A DNA stretch of 64,000 bases from Squalus acanthias (taxonomy: Eukaryota): the NCBI GenBank assembly GCA_030390025.1, contig CM059440.1:8866001-8930000 (forward strand), read 5' to 3'. Made by a program: the position numbers and the translations under genes. The notes under the pieces were generated by a model. That model did not search any database, was not told where the DNA came from, and saw only the letters and a program-made list of their open reading frames with translations. Each line of letters opens with the position of its first letter. The stretch's first letter is position 1. Of this stretch, positions 37,612-50,611 are shown in pieces.

Positions 37612-39689
37612 TTATTCACCTGATAGTAAACCAGTAAATCAAAAGAATAAAACCTCCATTAATGTGTTAACTGGTTGTTTTGATCAACCCTTTTCTGTTA
37701 TACTAGCAGATCTCCTGTACCATTACTCACGGTGAGTGAGTCTGTGCTGTTGGAAGGAAGGGGTGGGGGGAGGGTGGTGGTATGGAAATCGGAGAGGGGT
37801 GCACATCTCAACTGAAAGAGTTTGGAAACAAGTTTGTAAGAGACTTCCGTGCCTTAACCCTAAAGTATGTTTCATATAAAAGACATAGAAAACCAGAGTA
37901 AAACTGTGCAACATACCTTAAGAGAATTCTCCCAGGAACGATAAAATAGTAAAGAGGAAATTGGCCCAAAATGAAATAGGTTTAGAACTTTGGCGTCAAA
38001 GGTTGCTCATGCCCGATTAGGCGTTTGGATGACTATTTCCTACCATGTTTACAGAGAAAACGAAAGAAAACAAAAACGTGCCTGAAAGTTGAAAATAAGA
38101 AACTTGAAATACCCCAAAATAAAATATGCCACAGTGGTGTGCGTGTGGATCAGTGACTGCACGTACGTGATAGCCTATTGTTAAAAGGATTTTTAAAAAA
38201 TGGTCCAGAAAGCCCACCAAAAGCAGCTCTAACATGATTCAGCTACAAACTTATAGCCCCATGATTTTCTGAGATGGAGGCCTCCAGGCAAACAGGAAGA
38301 GATTCAAAAGCATGAAACACTATTCTACAGGTAAGTTTAATGATATTGTGAAATACATAATTTTTCAATGTATTTACCATGTTCGAAATCTCATTTTTAG
38401 TACAATATATTTTGGCTACTGAGAAAACAAACATGGTGGTCAAAAACTTCGCCCGATCGTCCCTTTTATTGGTGGACCTGGTACACAGTTTGGTGTTGAT
38501 TTCTGCGCCCCGCCCCCCGTATTCTTAGCATTTCCTATTTAGTTTTTATTCCTGCTTTTTCCATGTTGAAACCCTCTATTTGTGATTGTTGCTCCTTTAC
38601 GAATCTGAGCTAATCAAGTGCAAGAGTGACACAGAAGTGTGCATATCGGGTAGTATGATCCCTAAGTTGTGACAGACCAAACGCGGCCTGAACACATGTC
38701 TCTGCATAAGATTTCTCCAGAATCTATATATTGTCAAAGTAAGCAAGTAACTATGGAGCTGTGATGGCACAGAGTAAAATCTGTTTGCTTTCTAGACACA
38801 GATAAGTCTCTTTCGCATCGACTTAAAGCATTAATGATGGGCAATGGAAACGTTCACTTTTTTTCTCTCCACGCTAATCGTTTTTAAATGTACAATAAAT
38901 AGTTCTGAGAGCATGATCTCTCAGGTTTTTATACCCCCCGCTGTTCCGTAATAAGATTTATTTGCTCTCGCAGTTACAATTGAGATGTGTAAAGAGTCTT
39001 CTTCAGAGAAACAATAAATTACTCATTTTTCTGCGTGTGTTTCTTGTTACATTTCACCTGTTTGAGACAGTTATTTACAATAAGCTCCTGCTGATCATGC
39101 CTGTAATCAGATTAAGTAAAAAGAGAACGGCTGTCCCTGCAAACATAACAACAGTATCTGCAAAATTACTGCATATTACAGCTGAACTCACTGTCAACTT
39201 TTCAGATTTAATAACCATTTATTTTGTGTTTATAATCCTGCTAGCAGGATTCAGACGATTCAGTTGAAAACTAAGAAAATAGGAGGCAGTTGAAGCATTT
39301 TTATTTTATATTTTTAATGTATTTTAAGCTCTAGAAGCAAAACCTATTATGTACACGTACACAATCTGATGTAGCCTTTCTCGTAACAGTTATTCTTCTC
39401 TCTAGTTTTGAGTAAAATACGTGTTGAGTGTTTCATTTACATTCTATCAAAAAACTTGTGTGTAAAATTGATTTAAGTTCAGATTTGAATCAGCATTTTT
39501 AAAACCTGATCAGTGCAGTGAACATGTGTAAAACTGAAAACACACAGCAACTCTTCAGCATTAACTTGTTGACATTGTGTTTTAGGAGCTACAGAGGGCA
39601 GGTGTTTTGTCCAGATCCTTGTGTAACAGTTTCAATCAACACTAAACACCCGTCGTAAATGACCAGTTAAAAATGATAATTTAACAGTA

Positions 39690-40120
39690 ACTTTTTCCTT
39701 TTTTTTTCTACCAATTTTTTTACCCTTCTGTCTACCCTGAAGCTCCTTCCTGAGATAACATTCCATAGATGGCAGTACAGTAATTCTCTGGTATGCCACC
39801 CCGAGTGGCTGCTCTTCATTTTTTAGCATTGCATTTTTTGGCAGGCTAGCCTGCCACTGGATGACCACAGCAAAGCCCACCTGACACTCTTACAAGCAAA
39901 CACGCACTTTCAGCAGGGGGGGTCACTGGCTAGTGATCAGGAACGGGAACCATATCTGGTTTCCCCCTGACTGTTGAGTCAAATTTACAGCAATCCTACT
40001 GACACCTTGGCTGATGGCCACTATTGTAGCACAGAATGGGGTTGGAATCGGAGACCTGTCTGATCTGTGTGGCTCAATTACTTATAACCATAACTAGTTA
40101 GCTGAACCATTGAGGGACCT
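39690..40120 (-). mobile_element. Old AmnSINE2-like SINE
   Basis: gcactttcagcagggg...gatcagga...ctgtgtggctcaatt. Confidence 0.55.
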
Positions 40121-40139
40121 CTAAAGATGGGTTTTATGT

Positions 40140-40590
40140 TTGCATTTTCTCTTTTTTTTTCTCTCATTATTTCTAATTTTCTCCCCCTTTTCCCTTCCTT
40201 TCGTGGAGATGGCGATTTCTACTGAGGTGTAGTTCCACAAGAGCCAGCAGCTCTGGTACCTTGTCCAAGCAGCCATTCATCATGTTGAGGCCCGAGACTG
40301 AGTATGGCAACAGGTTATTCATCTATGAGAAGCATCACAGCCAAACCCCAATGCTGTCCTCACTTGAGATCCACATGCGGTCTTTGTAGCAGGGTTCAGT
40401 GGATTGTGATCATTAGCAGGAGTCCTGGGTGTTGCTCACTTAACACCACCATCACCTTCCTTAGTCTGGGTCACAGAGGACAAATAAAGTGGCACACCTC
40501 CAATGCTGCTGGGTAAAACCAGCTAACTCTGTTATGGCCAGAGAATTGAACCTGAGTTTCCTGGTCTGCATGCTTTAGGAAGCCATCTCT
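40140..40590 (-). mobile_element. Old AmnSINE2-like SINE, tandem with the previous copy
   Basis: ggtaccttgtccaagcagccattcatcatg...gcaacaggttattc...gaattgaacctgag. Confidence 0.55.
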
Positions 40591-40623
40591 ATGTTTTTTT
40601 TGAAGTGCTGGGATTAAGAATGT

Positions 40624-40852
40624 AAGAACATAAGAATTAGGAGCAGGAGTAGGCCATATGCCCCCTCGAGCCTGCTCCGCCATTCAATAAGATCATGGCT
40701 GATCTTCGACCCCAACTTCACTTTCCCACCCGAGCCCCATATCCCTTGATTCCCCTAGAGTCCAAAAATCTATCTATCTTGGCCTTGAATATGCTCAACG
40801 ACTCAGCATTCACAGCCCTTTGGGGTAGAGAATTCCAAAGATTCATAACCCT
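40624..40852 (-). mobile_element. CR1 3' end
   Basis: aagaacataagaattaggagcaggagtaggcc...gggtagagaattccaaagattcataaccct. Confidence 0.92.
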
Positions 40853-42197
40853 GATTAAGATGGTTGTCCACATGAAATGTATCTAATTTTAGGTTACTTC
40901 TTACTGAAGTCTAAAAAAAATGAACACACATTGTGATTGTTTTTCTTGCAGTTGCATAAATAGATTTTCTTCAGTAATTTTTCTATGTAAGCATTCTCCT
41001 TGCGCATATTTTTTATCTTTTAATTTTTAAAAAAATCCATCATGTATTGCTCTTGTTTTTCTACTTGTAAGTTGAATCACGAATGTGGTTTTTGATAATG
41101 GTAATTACTTTACCCTTTTTACTTGACACCAGCATTATTCTTCTGTTCAGTGTTTTCTTAGGTGAAGACTTGAATTTAGATTGTGTTCTCAGATGGGAGT
41201 ATGCAAGGGTTTAATTTTAGCTGTGTTTAATTGATAGGTAATGAGGCAGTGAAATAGAAGTAACTGGATATTTTTATCAGCAGATTTTGTTATTAAACAT
41301 ACCTTATTGATTTTCTTTTAATTCTGTAAATATGATCTTGGATTAAATCAGTGTCTTATGTTTTTCACATAGCAAATTATAATACACAGAAAACAAAATT
41401 TGTTGCTTCTTCATTATAAATCCCAAAAGGATGTAATCTACATTAGTTTAGTTGTTTCCGAGATTGGAGACAGCATTTCTACGCCTCCAATAGGTGCTAA
41501 AGGTTGCATTTAGTTTTATATTAGGGAGTGCTGTAGCATTGTTTTATTTTTTTAAATAAAATATTAATCTGCATTCAGCCTGTAGAGTATAATTTCTATC
41601 TCTCTAAAATATGGAGAGCTTTCCCCCCCAGCAGTACACAGAGAACATAAATGCTAAAGGGCAGAACACTTGAGCCAAGTTGTTTCAATCCTTTATTTGT
41701 AGCATGTTGGAATCCAAGGCTAAACGAGTGTAGCTGTTGTCATGAACCAAGCCTCACATCGACACTATTTCCTCCAGATTTATAACTAAATCATTCAACT
41801 CTGTTCTGTTGAAGTAGTAAGTATCCACTGAAACATGCAGTACATAAACAGTGTTTTATAAAGTGCATAGTACTTTCTTTAATGTAATGTGGACTGCTAC
41901 ATAGCTGCCCTGACTAATAATCTGTGTCAGGCCTAACATTATTGCACATATCGTAATCTACCTGTGCAGTACACTCTATCCATTGTTTTAAGTGAGTGGA
42001 GTTGGCTTAGCATTGTATGAATTTTTTTAACTGTCCTATTCTGTGCAAAATTGCATATTGCATGTTATCAGTCTTAGTTGCCCATCAGCCCATGGTGCTG
42101 GCTTTGGTGAAATATGATGTTGTATGGTTAAACTATACAGCCTGATGAATATATGTGGTAGTACCAGCTAGCTCCATGGCTACTATGTCTACTTTAA

Positions 42198-43290
42198 GTG
42201 TCAGCCTTAACTCACCGGTAGCTCTCTTGCCTCCGAGGCAGAAGTTCATGGATTCAAACCCTACTCCAGAGACTTGAGCATGAAATGGAAACTGATACTT
42301 CAGGACAGTATTGAGGGAGTGCTGCACTGTCGGATGTGCCATTTTTTGGTTGAGATGTTAAACAGAGACCCCATCCGTCTGTTCAGGGGGGTCATCGCTA
42401 ACCAAAAGGTTAACTTGTCAACGCTAGTACTCTGCGACGAGTGGCTCATTCATCTCCTGACATCGTAAAGCCTCACCATTATCTACAAGACTCAAGTCAG
42501 GACGATGGTGGAATACTCGCCATGTGCCTGGATGGGTGTGTGGCTGCAACAACGGAAGCTCAGTATTATGCAAGGCAGAGTAGTTGCCTTGAATGGCACT
42601 CCAGGCACTGGATTCAGTGTTTACTTGCTCCACCACCAGAGCATTGCAGTTGCAGCACGGACTATGTACAGGATGCACTGAGGCAACTTGAGTATAATTC
42701 AACAGCACCTCCCTCGCCAGTGACCTCTACCAGTAAGAAACACAAGAGCAGCAATGTCGTTGGAACATCATCACGCCCGAGATTCCCTCCAAGTCACACA
42801 CAGTCACTGTTCCTAAATTGTCGCCAGGTCAATGTCCTGGAATTCCCTACCTTGTGGGAGTCCCATTACTACAAGGATTGCAGCGCTTCAAGAAGGCCCA
42901 CTACCACCTTCTCAGGGCAACTAGGGATTGGCAATAAATGCGACGTTGTCACGTTTTCCCACATTCTGAGAACAAATTATTCAATGGCAACATTTGGAGA
43001 AGAGCAGGAAAATTTTGCTGGTGTCTTTGCCAACATTTATCCCTCAACTAATCGCACCAAAACAGATTATCTGGTCATTTATCTCAGATGGGGTCTCGGT
43101 TTAACATCGCAACTAAAAAATGGCAACTCCGACAGTGCAGCACTCCCTCAATACTGCCCTGAAGTATCAGTTTACATAACATTGCTGTTTCTGGGACTGC
43201 GTTTTGTATATAAGTGACTATAGTTCAAAAGTAACTCACTGGCTGCGGAGCATTGTGAATTGGGCAATATAAATGCAAGTTGTTTCTTTC
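42198..43290 (+). mobile_element. Deu-domain SINE split by a LINE and carrying an inverted self-copy
   Basis: Head at 42198-42390; resumes at about 42982 (atggcaacatttggagaagagcagg); tail ends about 43290. Confidence 0.8.
42395..42980 (+). mobile_element. Second-family LINE 3' fragment inserted in the SINE
   Basis: ctacaagactcaagtcaggacgatggtggaatactcgcca...gtcctggaattccctac...gggcaactagggattggcaataaatgc. Confidence 0.8.
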
Positions 43291-45480
43291 GATGGACTAC
43301 AGTCATATTTATAACTCGGATTAGTAAATTTATTTTGTTCTTAATTTCTGCTTTTGAAATTGGTGCTAATGTAACCAACCTTTGAAATGTTCTTATGTTG
43401 GTGATCCTGGGTTTCGCTATGGAATGCAGATACTCAGTTGCTGAGTCAGTAGATATCTGGGAGACTGGACCCACAAATTTACTTTCATGAAATCTAATGG
43501 CACATTGTTGACACATTTTTGTGGGTCTGTGATACTGTTGGTTCCATGAGCGCAGGGGAATTTATACTGTGGAGTGCAGGAAGTATGGAGAGGAAGGCTT
43601 GAGTGTCTGCTGGTGGCTGCACTCCTGCTGTATAAAAGTGCTTTTAGATGCACTGCAATTGAACTACGTTGGCAAATGATTTTTCATTTGGATTTATTTT
43701 TTATGGCATGCGTACGCTGATTTTCTAAAGTCCCGATGTTAGATAATAACGATCGCTGTCCCGAGTCCGACAGAAGGTCAGATTTGTATAATGTTTTAAT
43801 TGCGTATTGCCTATCAAATGTAGCGCTTTGTATAGCTGGAAATTCTAAGCCTTTTTTGAGGGAGGGGGAAAATCAGCTTGAATTGATAGAAAGTCTAAAG
43901 GAAACATTTGGCAGGCACACTTCCTTTGGCTTTGCTGGTCAGAGTTCATTTAGTGATTCAAAAGCCATGAACTATACTTTTTATTGAATAACTCAATGTT
44001 TTAATCTATTTTACTATTTTTTTAAAAGTTGTGATTGTATATAAAACAAACAAGAGCCAGATTTGCTTTTGTTTTTGTTTAAAAAAAGGGGTCAAGCTAT
44101 GAGACTGGTAGACTCACTGTGTCTCAGTTTCCTTGAAACTTAAGCTGTTCTTTCCTTGAAACGATGTAACTGAGGCATTGTTGCATTTTGGCAGCTTACC
44201 TATGCTGTTGATCAAGACTATCAAAAATCACATTAGTATAACAATACTTTTAATTGTTTCCACATTCATGTAGTGTATTGCAGGCTTTGTAGGATGCCAA
44301 TTGAGTTCTGTAGATATTTGGTATGTTTTCATGAGATTAAAAATGTAAAATTGTGGAAGGCTTAAATATATGAAAGACTTTGTATGTTTCAATTTAATAC
44401 TCAAAATCCTGCTGGTGTAGGTTGACAAAAGGGAGTATTGCTTCTTGTAAAGTGCCATTGAATCAGAGTTGCTCAGTAGCATGAAAATCAATCATAGAAA
44501 CAATGGGAAGGTTTGTTAATCGTTTCTGTAATTTGTAAACATTATCTTATTAACTGGAATCTTGAGTGACTGTGTTGGCTTTCATGCTGTTTGGGATACA
44601 GCTGGTGGTTGGTGCATGTTTACCTCGTCTCTAAGTTGCTTTCTTGAAACTTGGACGCATACCCTTGCTGAATTTATCAAATGAAGTTACAAGATATCTG
44701 AGGACTTCAGGGGCCATTTCTTCAAATGTCTAGCCAGGCTCCTGAGCCATGTAGCTCAGTCATCCATGTGGTCCCCACTTCTCATTTACCTACAATGCTC
44801 CACTGAGTGAGCCATCAGTCTTCCTGTGTTCTTTCAAAGCTCATTGATTTCCTTGAATCTCGGTGTTTTTTTTAAATATATTCCAGCAGACTTCAGCGAG
44901 TTTTAGTCTGAGAGTTAAAATAGAACGTAACTGTCTGATTTAATCAGTGACTAAACTAGCTCTACTACTCTTGCTTATCTTTCATTCTCTGGGGCCATCC
45001 CATAGCACAATGCCCGCTGTTACTGCAAAACAGTTCAAACAAAAGGTGTTTTGATTCCGGAGAAGTAAAGTTTTATTGTTTCAGTTACAGAGACTGTTAA
45101 GTGTTCTAGGATATTCAGCTGAGGCTGTCAGCTCCCCTGGCTACATGCTTAGGCCTGTAGAATGCAGAGTGCTTTGCTTGTAACTGCACCCGTTGTCTCC
45201 TTTCATTATCTGTTAATGGTGCTCAACATGACAAGGTTGTGTGATAAATGGAAGCTGTAGTGAAACCCGGAGCTGGATTCTTTGTCACTGAAAGCAGTGT
45301 TTGTGCTTGCACTGTAGCCACAGATACGTGTAGATACTGTAGAATGCATATTAAATAACTAGCCCAGAACCACTACACTGCAGCTCTTTAATAGAAAATT
45401 GTGTTGTGCTTTTAGCAAAGCCTGAAATGACTTTGTAATACACGGTCTGTTATTGGTCTCTGCTGACACACAACTGTAAT

Positions 45481-45890
45481 AAAGGAAAGGAAAGGACTTG
45501 CATTTAGATGGCGCCTGTCACAACCTCGGGATGTCCTTAAAGCGCTTTACAATGTAGGGAGACGCAGCAGCCAAGGCCCCATAACAGCAATGAGATACAT
45601 AACCAGATAATCTTTTTTAGTGATGTTGGTTGAAAGATGAATATCGGCCAGGAGAACAACTGGTCTACTTCAAGTAATGCCACGGGATCTTTTACATCCA
45701 CCTGAGCGGGAAGACGGGTCTCGGTTTGACGTCCCATCCGAAAGACGATGCCTCCGACAGTGCAGCGCTCCCTCAGTACTGCGTTGGAGTGTCAGCCTGG
45801 ATTTTTGTGCTCAAGTCTCCGGACTGAGGCTTGAAACCACGACCTACTGACTCAAAGGCGAGAGTGCTACCACTAAGCCAAGGCTGATAC
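45481..45890 (-). mobile_element. Deu-domain SINE (SacSINE1-like)
   Basis: Full reverse match to 8854-9251, with a (aaagg)n tail. Confidence 0.88.
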
Positions 45891-48800
45891 CTCACTTATG
45901 TGGATGAATTTTGGCAGTCTTTGGACTCTTGCACAAATGAATTTAGTACAGTGGAGTACAGATAAATGCTTAACTAATTTGCTGAAGGATTGTTACACTT
46001 GGATCAGGATTTTATAATTTGTAATTTAATGTAAAATAATAGAAAATGCTTACTTCTCTTCTAACCCCCATAAACATCGAGCATGCCAGTAAATTGTTGA
46101 TATTCAGTCTGCTGAGCATTAAATAATTGAAAAAACATGTCCTGCTTGAAACAAATCTTGTGCACTGGGGTGATTGAGACTAGTTGGGCCTAGTAAAATG
46201 CAGGGGTTAGATCAGGTATGGTGGCCATTTATCTGGAGTTGTGGCGTTTGTTAATTAGAACATGTGGTAATTTTGCATGTTAAAAAAATACTCCATTTCC
46301 CATGAGAATACATTGCAACATCATACAGGCCTATCGACTGCAGTAGGTGAGATTTTAAAATCATCTTCACTGGTGTAAAAGGTCTTTATCCTTCAATAGC
46401 TTGTTGTGTTGTTGCTGTTTTACCTCTTGCTGGTGAGAAGTGACTTGAATTCAGATCTTTGGAATGCAGAATCAATTAAACTCAATGGTTAATGATTTTT
46501 ATCACTTATTTACAGTAAAGGGTTAATACATATTTAGTTAAAATTGATTTCAATGGCTGTTGTAGTGTCGAAATTACTAAAACACAGCTGCACAGCTCAA
46601 TATGGCTGTTGCAGTGTCTGGCTGAAGAATATCTTCTCAAGTCCTGCTTTTAAAATATAATGGTTCAAACAATGGGAAACTAAGTGGTTAGAAACAAAGT
46701 ATATTAATGCTAATTTAGTCAAGTGGTTCTGTTTATTGACCTGGTGTAAGGTTATTTAAAAACCCAGCACAAACTACTTTGGAATATTTCATGTTCCCCT
46801 CTCTAGTGAGCTTCAATCATAGTACTCAAGAATTAATGAATGCTTTGTTGTTAGGAGTAATAGTATTCATTGCAGTTTTCTTATTCCCCATGTACATCCA
46901 TAGTTGATTAGAAAAATTGTCTTTGATTAATTCAGGTTTGAAAATGGCATGCCTGCTGCTGTGGTTGTGAGAGTTTGGGATTGATTTCATCGATGACAGG
47001 TGTGGAACACTTACAAAGCCACTTGGTTATGGAGCTTATTTTCAAGCAGTGTTTTTCCCATGAGGCACCTCTTATTGAGAGGCTAATGTACAGTGTGTCT
47101 CGCAGCGCAGCAGGCTAAAGCTACGTGGTGTTCAATTTTTATTGATCTGTCATGTTTTCAGGGTGAGAGAGGCATAACTGTTGATAAGCTATCCTGATAA
47201 AAAATTATTTTGTGCGTCTTTCATTTCATTTATCGTCATAACACATGAATTTTGGAGACATTATGTTTTAATAAGCTGCCATTTAAACGTGTCCTTTTTC
47301 AGTCTAACAGTACAGAAACGTAGCCTAGGTCTGCTGATTTGAATTGTCAAAAGACACTTGACAAACAGTTTTTTTCCCTCCCGATCCTTTTTTGATCTGC
47401 GTATGTTCATCTGAGCAGTGCATTAATATTCCACACAATAGCTATGGATCTGAGATGCAGATGACTCCAGGGATACTGTCTCTAATATCTTGCTTGCTGA
47501 TGCATTTTCTGGCTGACCATGCCATTAAGAACAGTCATCAATCACAGTCCAGCTCCTTTGCGTGTTTGACTCCAGTCCTGGTTTTTCCTGGTGCTTGTTG
47601 TTGGAGGTTTGTTCTCCTTCACTGGTGTCTGGATAAAGAAGACTACGTCAGGCATGTGGAGTGTCTGCAGCACAGCTGAGCGTAGAGTGTGAAAGAAACC
47701 ACAATCTGCACTGACTCCGGTAACCATTCAGCTCTGATTTCCTTTGCTGTACATGTACAACGGTGTGCTCTTTTTAACTTGGCAGCTCTGTCCTGGCCAA
47801 GCTTGACTGAGAAGCAAAGCAGCAGGCCTCTTTGTTAGCAAGTGCCTTCTCTCCATGGGCTGTGGCTGTTAACGGATACAGCAGCGCTGACATTGTTTAG
47901 CCTGGTTGTTGGATTAGGCCCAGGCCACGGAGAAGGTCCACTGGGGTCAGCTGAACAGCTGCTAGAATTGCGGTAAAGTTGTTGCTGTCACCTCAAGGAA
48001 TTTTGAAGATTAACAGATTGTACAGACTAGGCTGAGAGGAAGGGCTGGCATGAAAAAAATGAAAGCTGGAACAAAAACCTTTTCCTTTCAGTTAGCTCTT
48101 TTATCACTATTTTTCTAATGTGGCAGAACTTGTGTGGGAGTGTCTGGAAGTGGAATGTCTTTTATGTTTTTGTCTGGTAACTGTACAAAGTATGTGATTA
48201 GCTTTTTATCATGTGTTTACACAATACCTTAGATCTAGCAAACACTGGCCATGAAAATAGGACCTGCTTGACCTGTTTATGTAGAAGGTTTGTTTTGTGG
48301 AGGAATCAAAAAGCTTTATTGCCTTTGTCTCATTGTCATCTCCATGCTACTGTGTTGCACATGTGTCTCCGATCACTACGGAGCACAGTGTGCCTAGTCA
48401 GCCACCCAGCAGTATTAATTATACACAAAGAGAAAATTAAAAAGAAGAAAAAGACTGTTTTGTATACACTCTCAAAAAAAACACTACTCTGGAACTGTTG
48501 ATAGAAAAGCTTCCGAAACCTAGAGTACTTGAGTGATTATTGTACTTTGGCAATCGGTGCTTGGCAGGCAGCTCTAGGAATGTCATTCGATCTGACTGCA
48601 TGATAGAATTGGCTAGGATTACATTAGTGTTTTCTATGGCTGTTGAAAGTGATGCATCAGCGAGTGGTCTTCAGTGACAAATTTTAACGACTTGGTCTGT
48701 TTGTTTTAGTGGGTTTATGCATTAGCATGTTTGCTTGAGTTTTGTTTCACATTTCTAAGCTTCAACTCTTTAAGTGTGCCTGAGATTACAGCAAGCAGGA

Positions 48801-50469
48801 TCTGAATATACAGTGCACAATTTCCTCTCTTATCTTTCTTTCCTCATTCCCCAGTGACTAGAGTAAAATACCACAATAAGACGACAACAGCAAGCTCCTA
48901 ATTACTGCTGTAAAACGAGTTTAGTCTGTATTGGTTGAGCACACTGTAAAACATCTTGCTGTATTTATATATTTTCTTCCCTTTCTGTTTTGATTTGTTG
49001 GACTATGGTCTGTTTACATCAGCTGTGCTATAGTTCACAGGAAACGAGGATCAGAAAGAATTTGTGTAAATTTGACTAAAATGGATTTATAGTACTGACG
49101 TGCAGTACGCTTATAACAACATATTGCTTAAGACCTGGGACCAATTCTTCCATATAACATTAGCTGTAGCTTTTATTTTTTTTATAGTACTTTGCTGCAA
49201 ATACAAGTGTGGAAAGAAATGTAAATTTATGTACAATACTCTGATTTGTTGTGTACGTTTAGGGGGAGAGAGCGTTTCAATCAACCGACTTTTAAAATTA
49301 CTTGTATTATCTCCTTTGTAAATGCTGCATTTCTTTTTAATCAAGAGCACTAAAGTATAACCAATACTTTGGACATATTTAGAAAAATACATAAACTAAG
49401 AAACGTTCTTTGCATTTCTGCTATTCCACTTTTTGCAACATTAAGCAAAGGAAGCAACAGAAAACACTTTTTGAAAAAGAATGATCTCAATGAAGCTATT
49501 TTTGACACTGATTATTCAGTGTTAATCTTGATTTACATCACAATTCTCTTTGGGAGCTGTTAGTAGCAATACAATACTGCAGCTTTAAAATGATGCGCCT
49601 TAAGGCCACCTTTAGCTCCACAAATAAGAATTTCACGGAAGGGATACTTTTGGTAAATGGCAGGCACTGCCATTTCTGATGAAGTTTTCGAAGAAGTAAT
49701 TTGTTGGCTTTTACAACATCCACAGTTTTGACTGTAAGCACACCTCCTTCTGAATTGGGGGTCATGGTAATGCCAGCTATTGTGTCAGTGAACGACAAAT
49801 GAGATGAATCATCCATTTTGCAATGGCAGTTAAAAGATCACTTCATTAGTTGTCCTTCAAATGAATAAATGCTAAACTTCTGTTATTACAAGCTTATAAA
49901 TTACTTCAAAGCTCCTTTGTTTAACTTCCATGTGAACAGCATTTTAAAGCTTTAGAGAATAGATGTTAGGATAGCACGGGCCTGGACCGATTTAAATTGA
50001 GTTGATTCAGTGAAACTGAGCCAAGCAGATGTTTTCTGCCATTTAAAGACTAGACCTTTTTTTAAAAACACAATTGCCCAAAATGTCACTGATCTCAGGA
50101 GATCGCATTCATGAGTCAACAAGTCTAAAGTAACCCAAGTCAAACAAGCCTGAAGTAACTCTGGCAGAAAATGTATCAAAGCGCTGATGATTTTACTTAC
50201 CTGGGGAATGAGTCCAGGTATCAAAATAATATTTAACTGAGCCATGAACACCTACCTGGGAAGCAGTTAAGGTGTGTTTCTGTATTTTTAGCAGTTTTCA
50301 AAGCAGCCTAAATTCCCAGAACAATTTGTTAAATACACCCAGTTGAAGCTTCATCATGTTGACCACAGTTGTGAGTAATGTGTATATCAGCAGCACAGAC
50401 CTTTTTTTTTTGTTGTAAACTTTCATGATTTGTAGTGCCAAATGAGATCAGTGAAGTATTTGATTTCCA

Positions 50470-50611
50470 GCTCTTCCCAGTTCTGATGAAAGGTCATCGA
50501 CCTGAAACGTCAACTCTCTTTCTCTCTCTACGGATGCTGCCTGGCCTGCTGAGTTTTTCCAGCGTTTTCTGTTGTTATTTCGGATTTCCAGCATCTGCAG
50601 TATTTTGCTAT
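50470..50611 (+). mobile_element. Penelope-like 3' fragment (same family as 27855)
   Basis: Closely similar to the hairpin arm; ends agtattttgctat. Confidence 0.85.
50479..50515 (+). ncRNA. Minimal type I hammerhead ribozyme motif with GUC site
   Basis: agtt-CTGATGA-a-aggtc(atc)gacct-GAAA-cGTC-aact. Confidence 0.7.

Noticed and set aside
42441-43217. Longest ORF (258 aa)
   Set aside because: It reads through a degraded LINE, a SINE and the inverted insertion, so it is a chance frame in repeats
49538-49816. Protein-like 92-aa minus-strand ORF
   Set aside because: No recognisable homology or splice context
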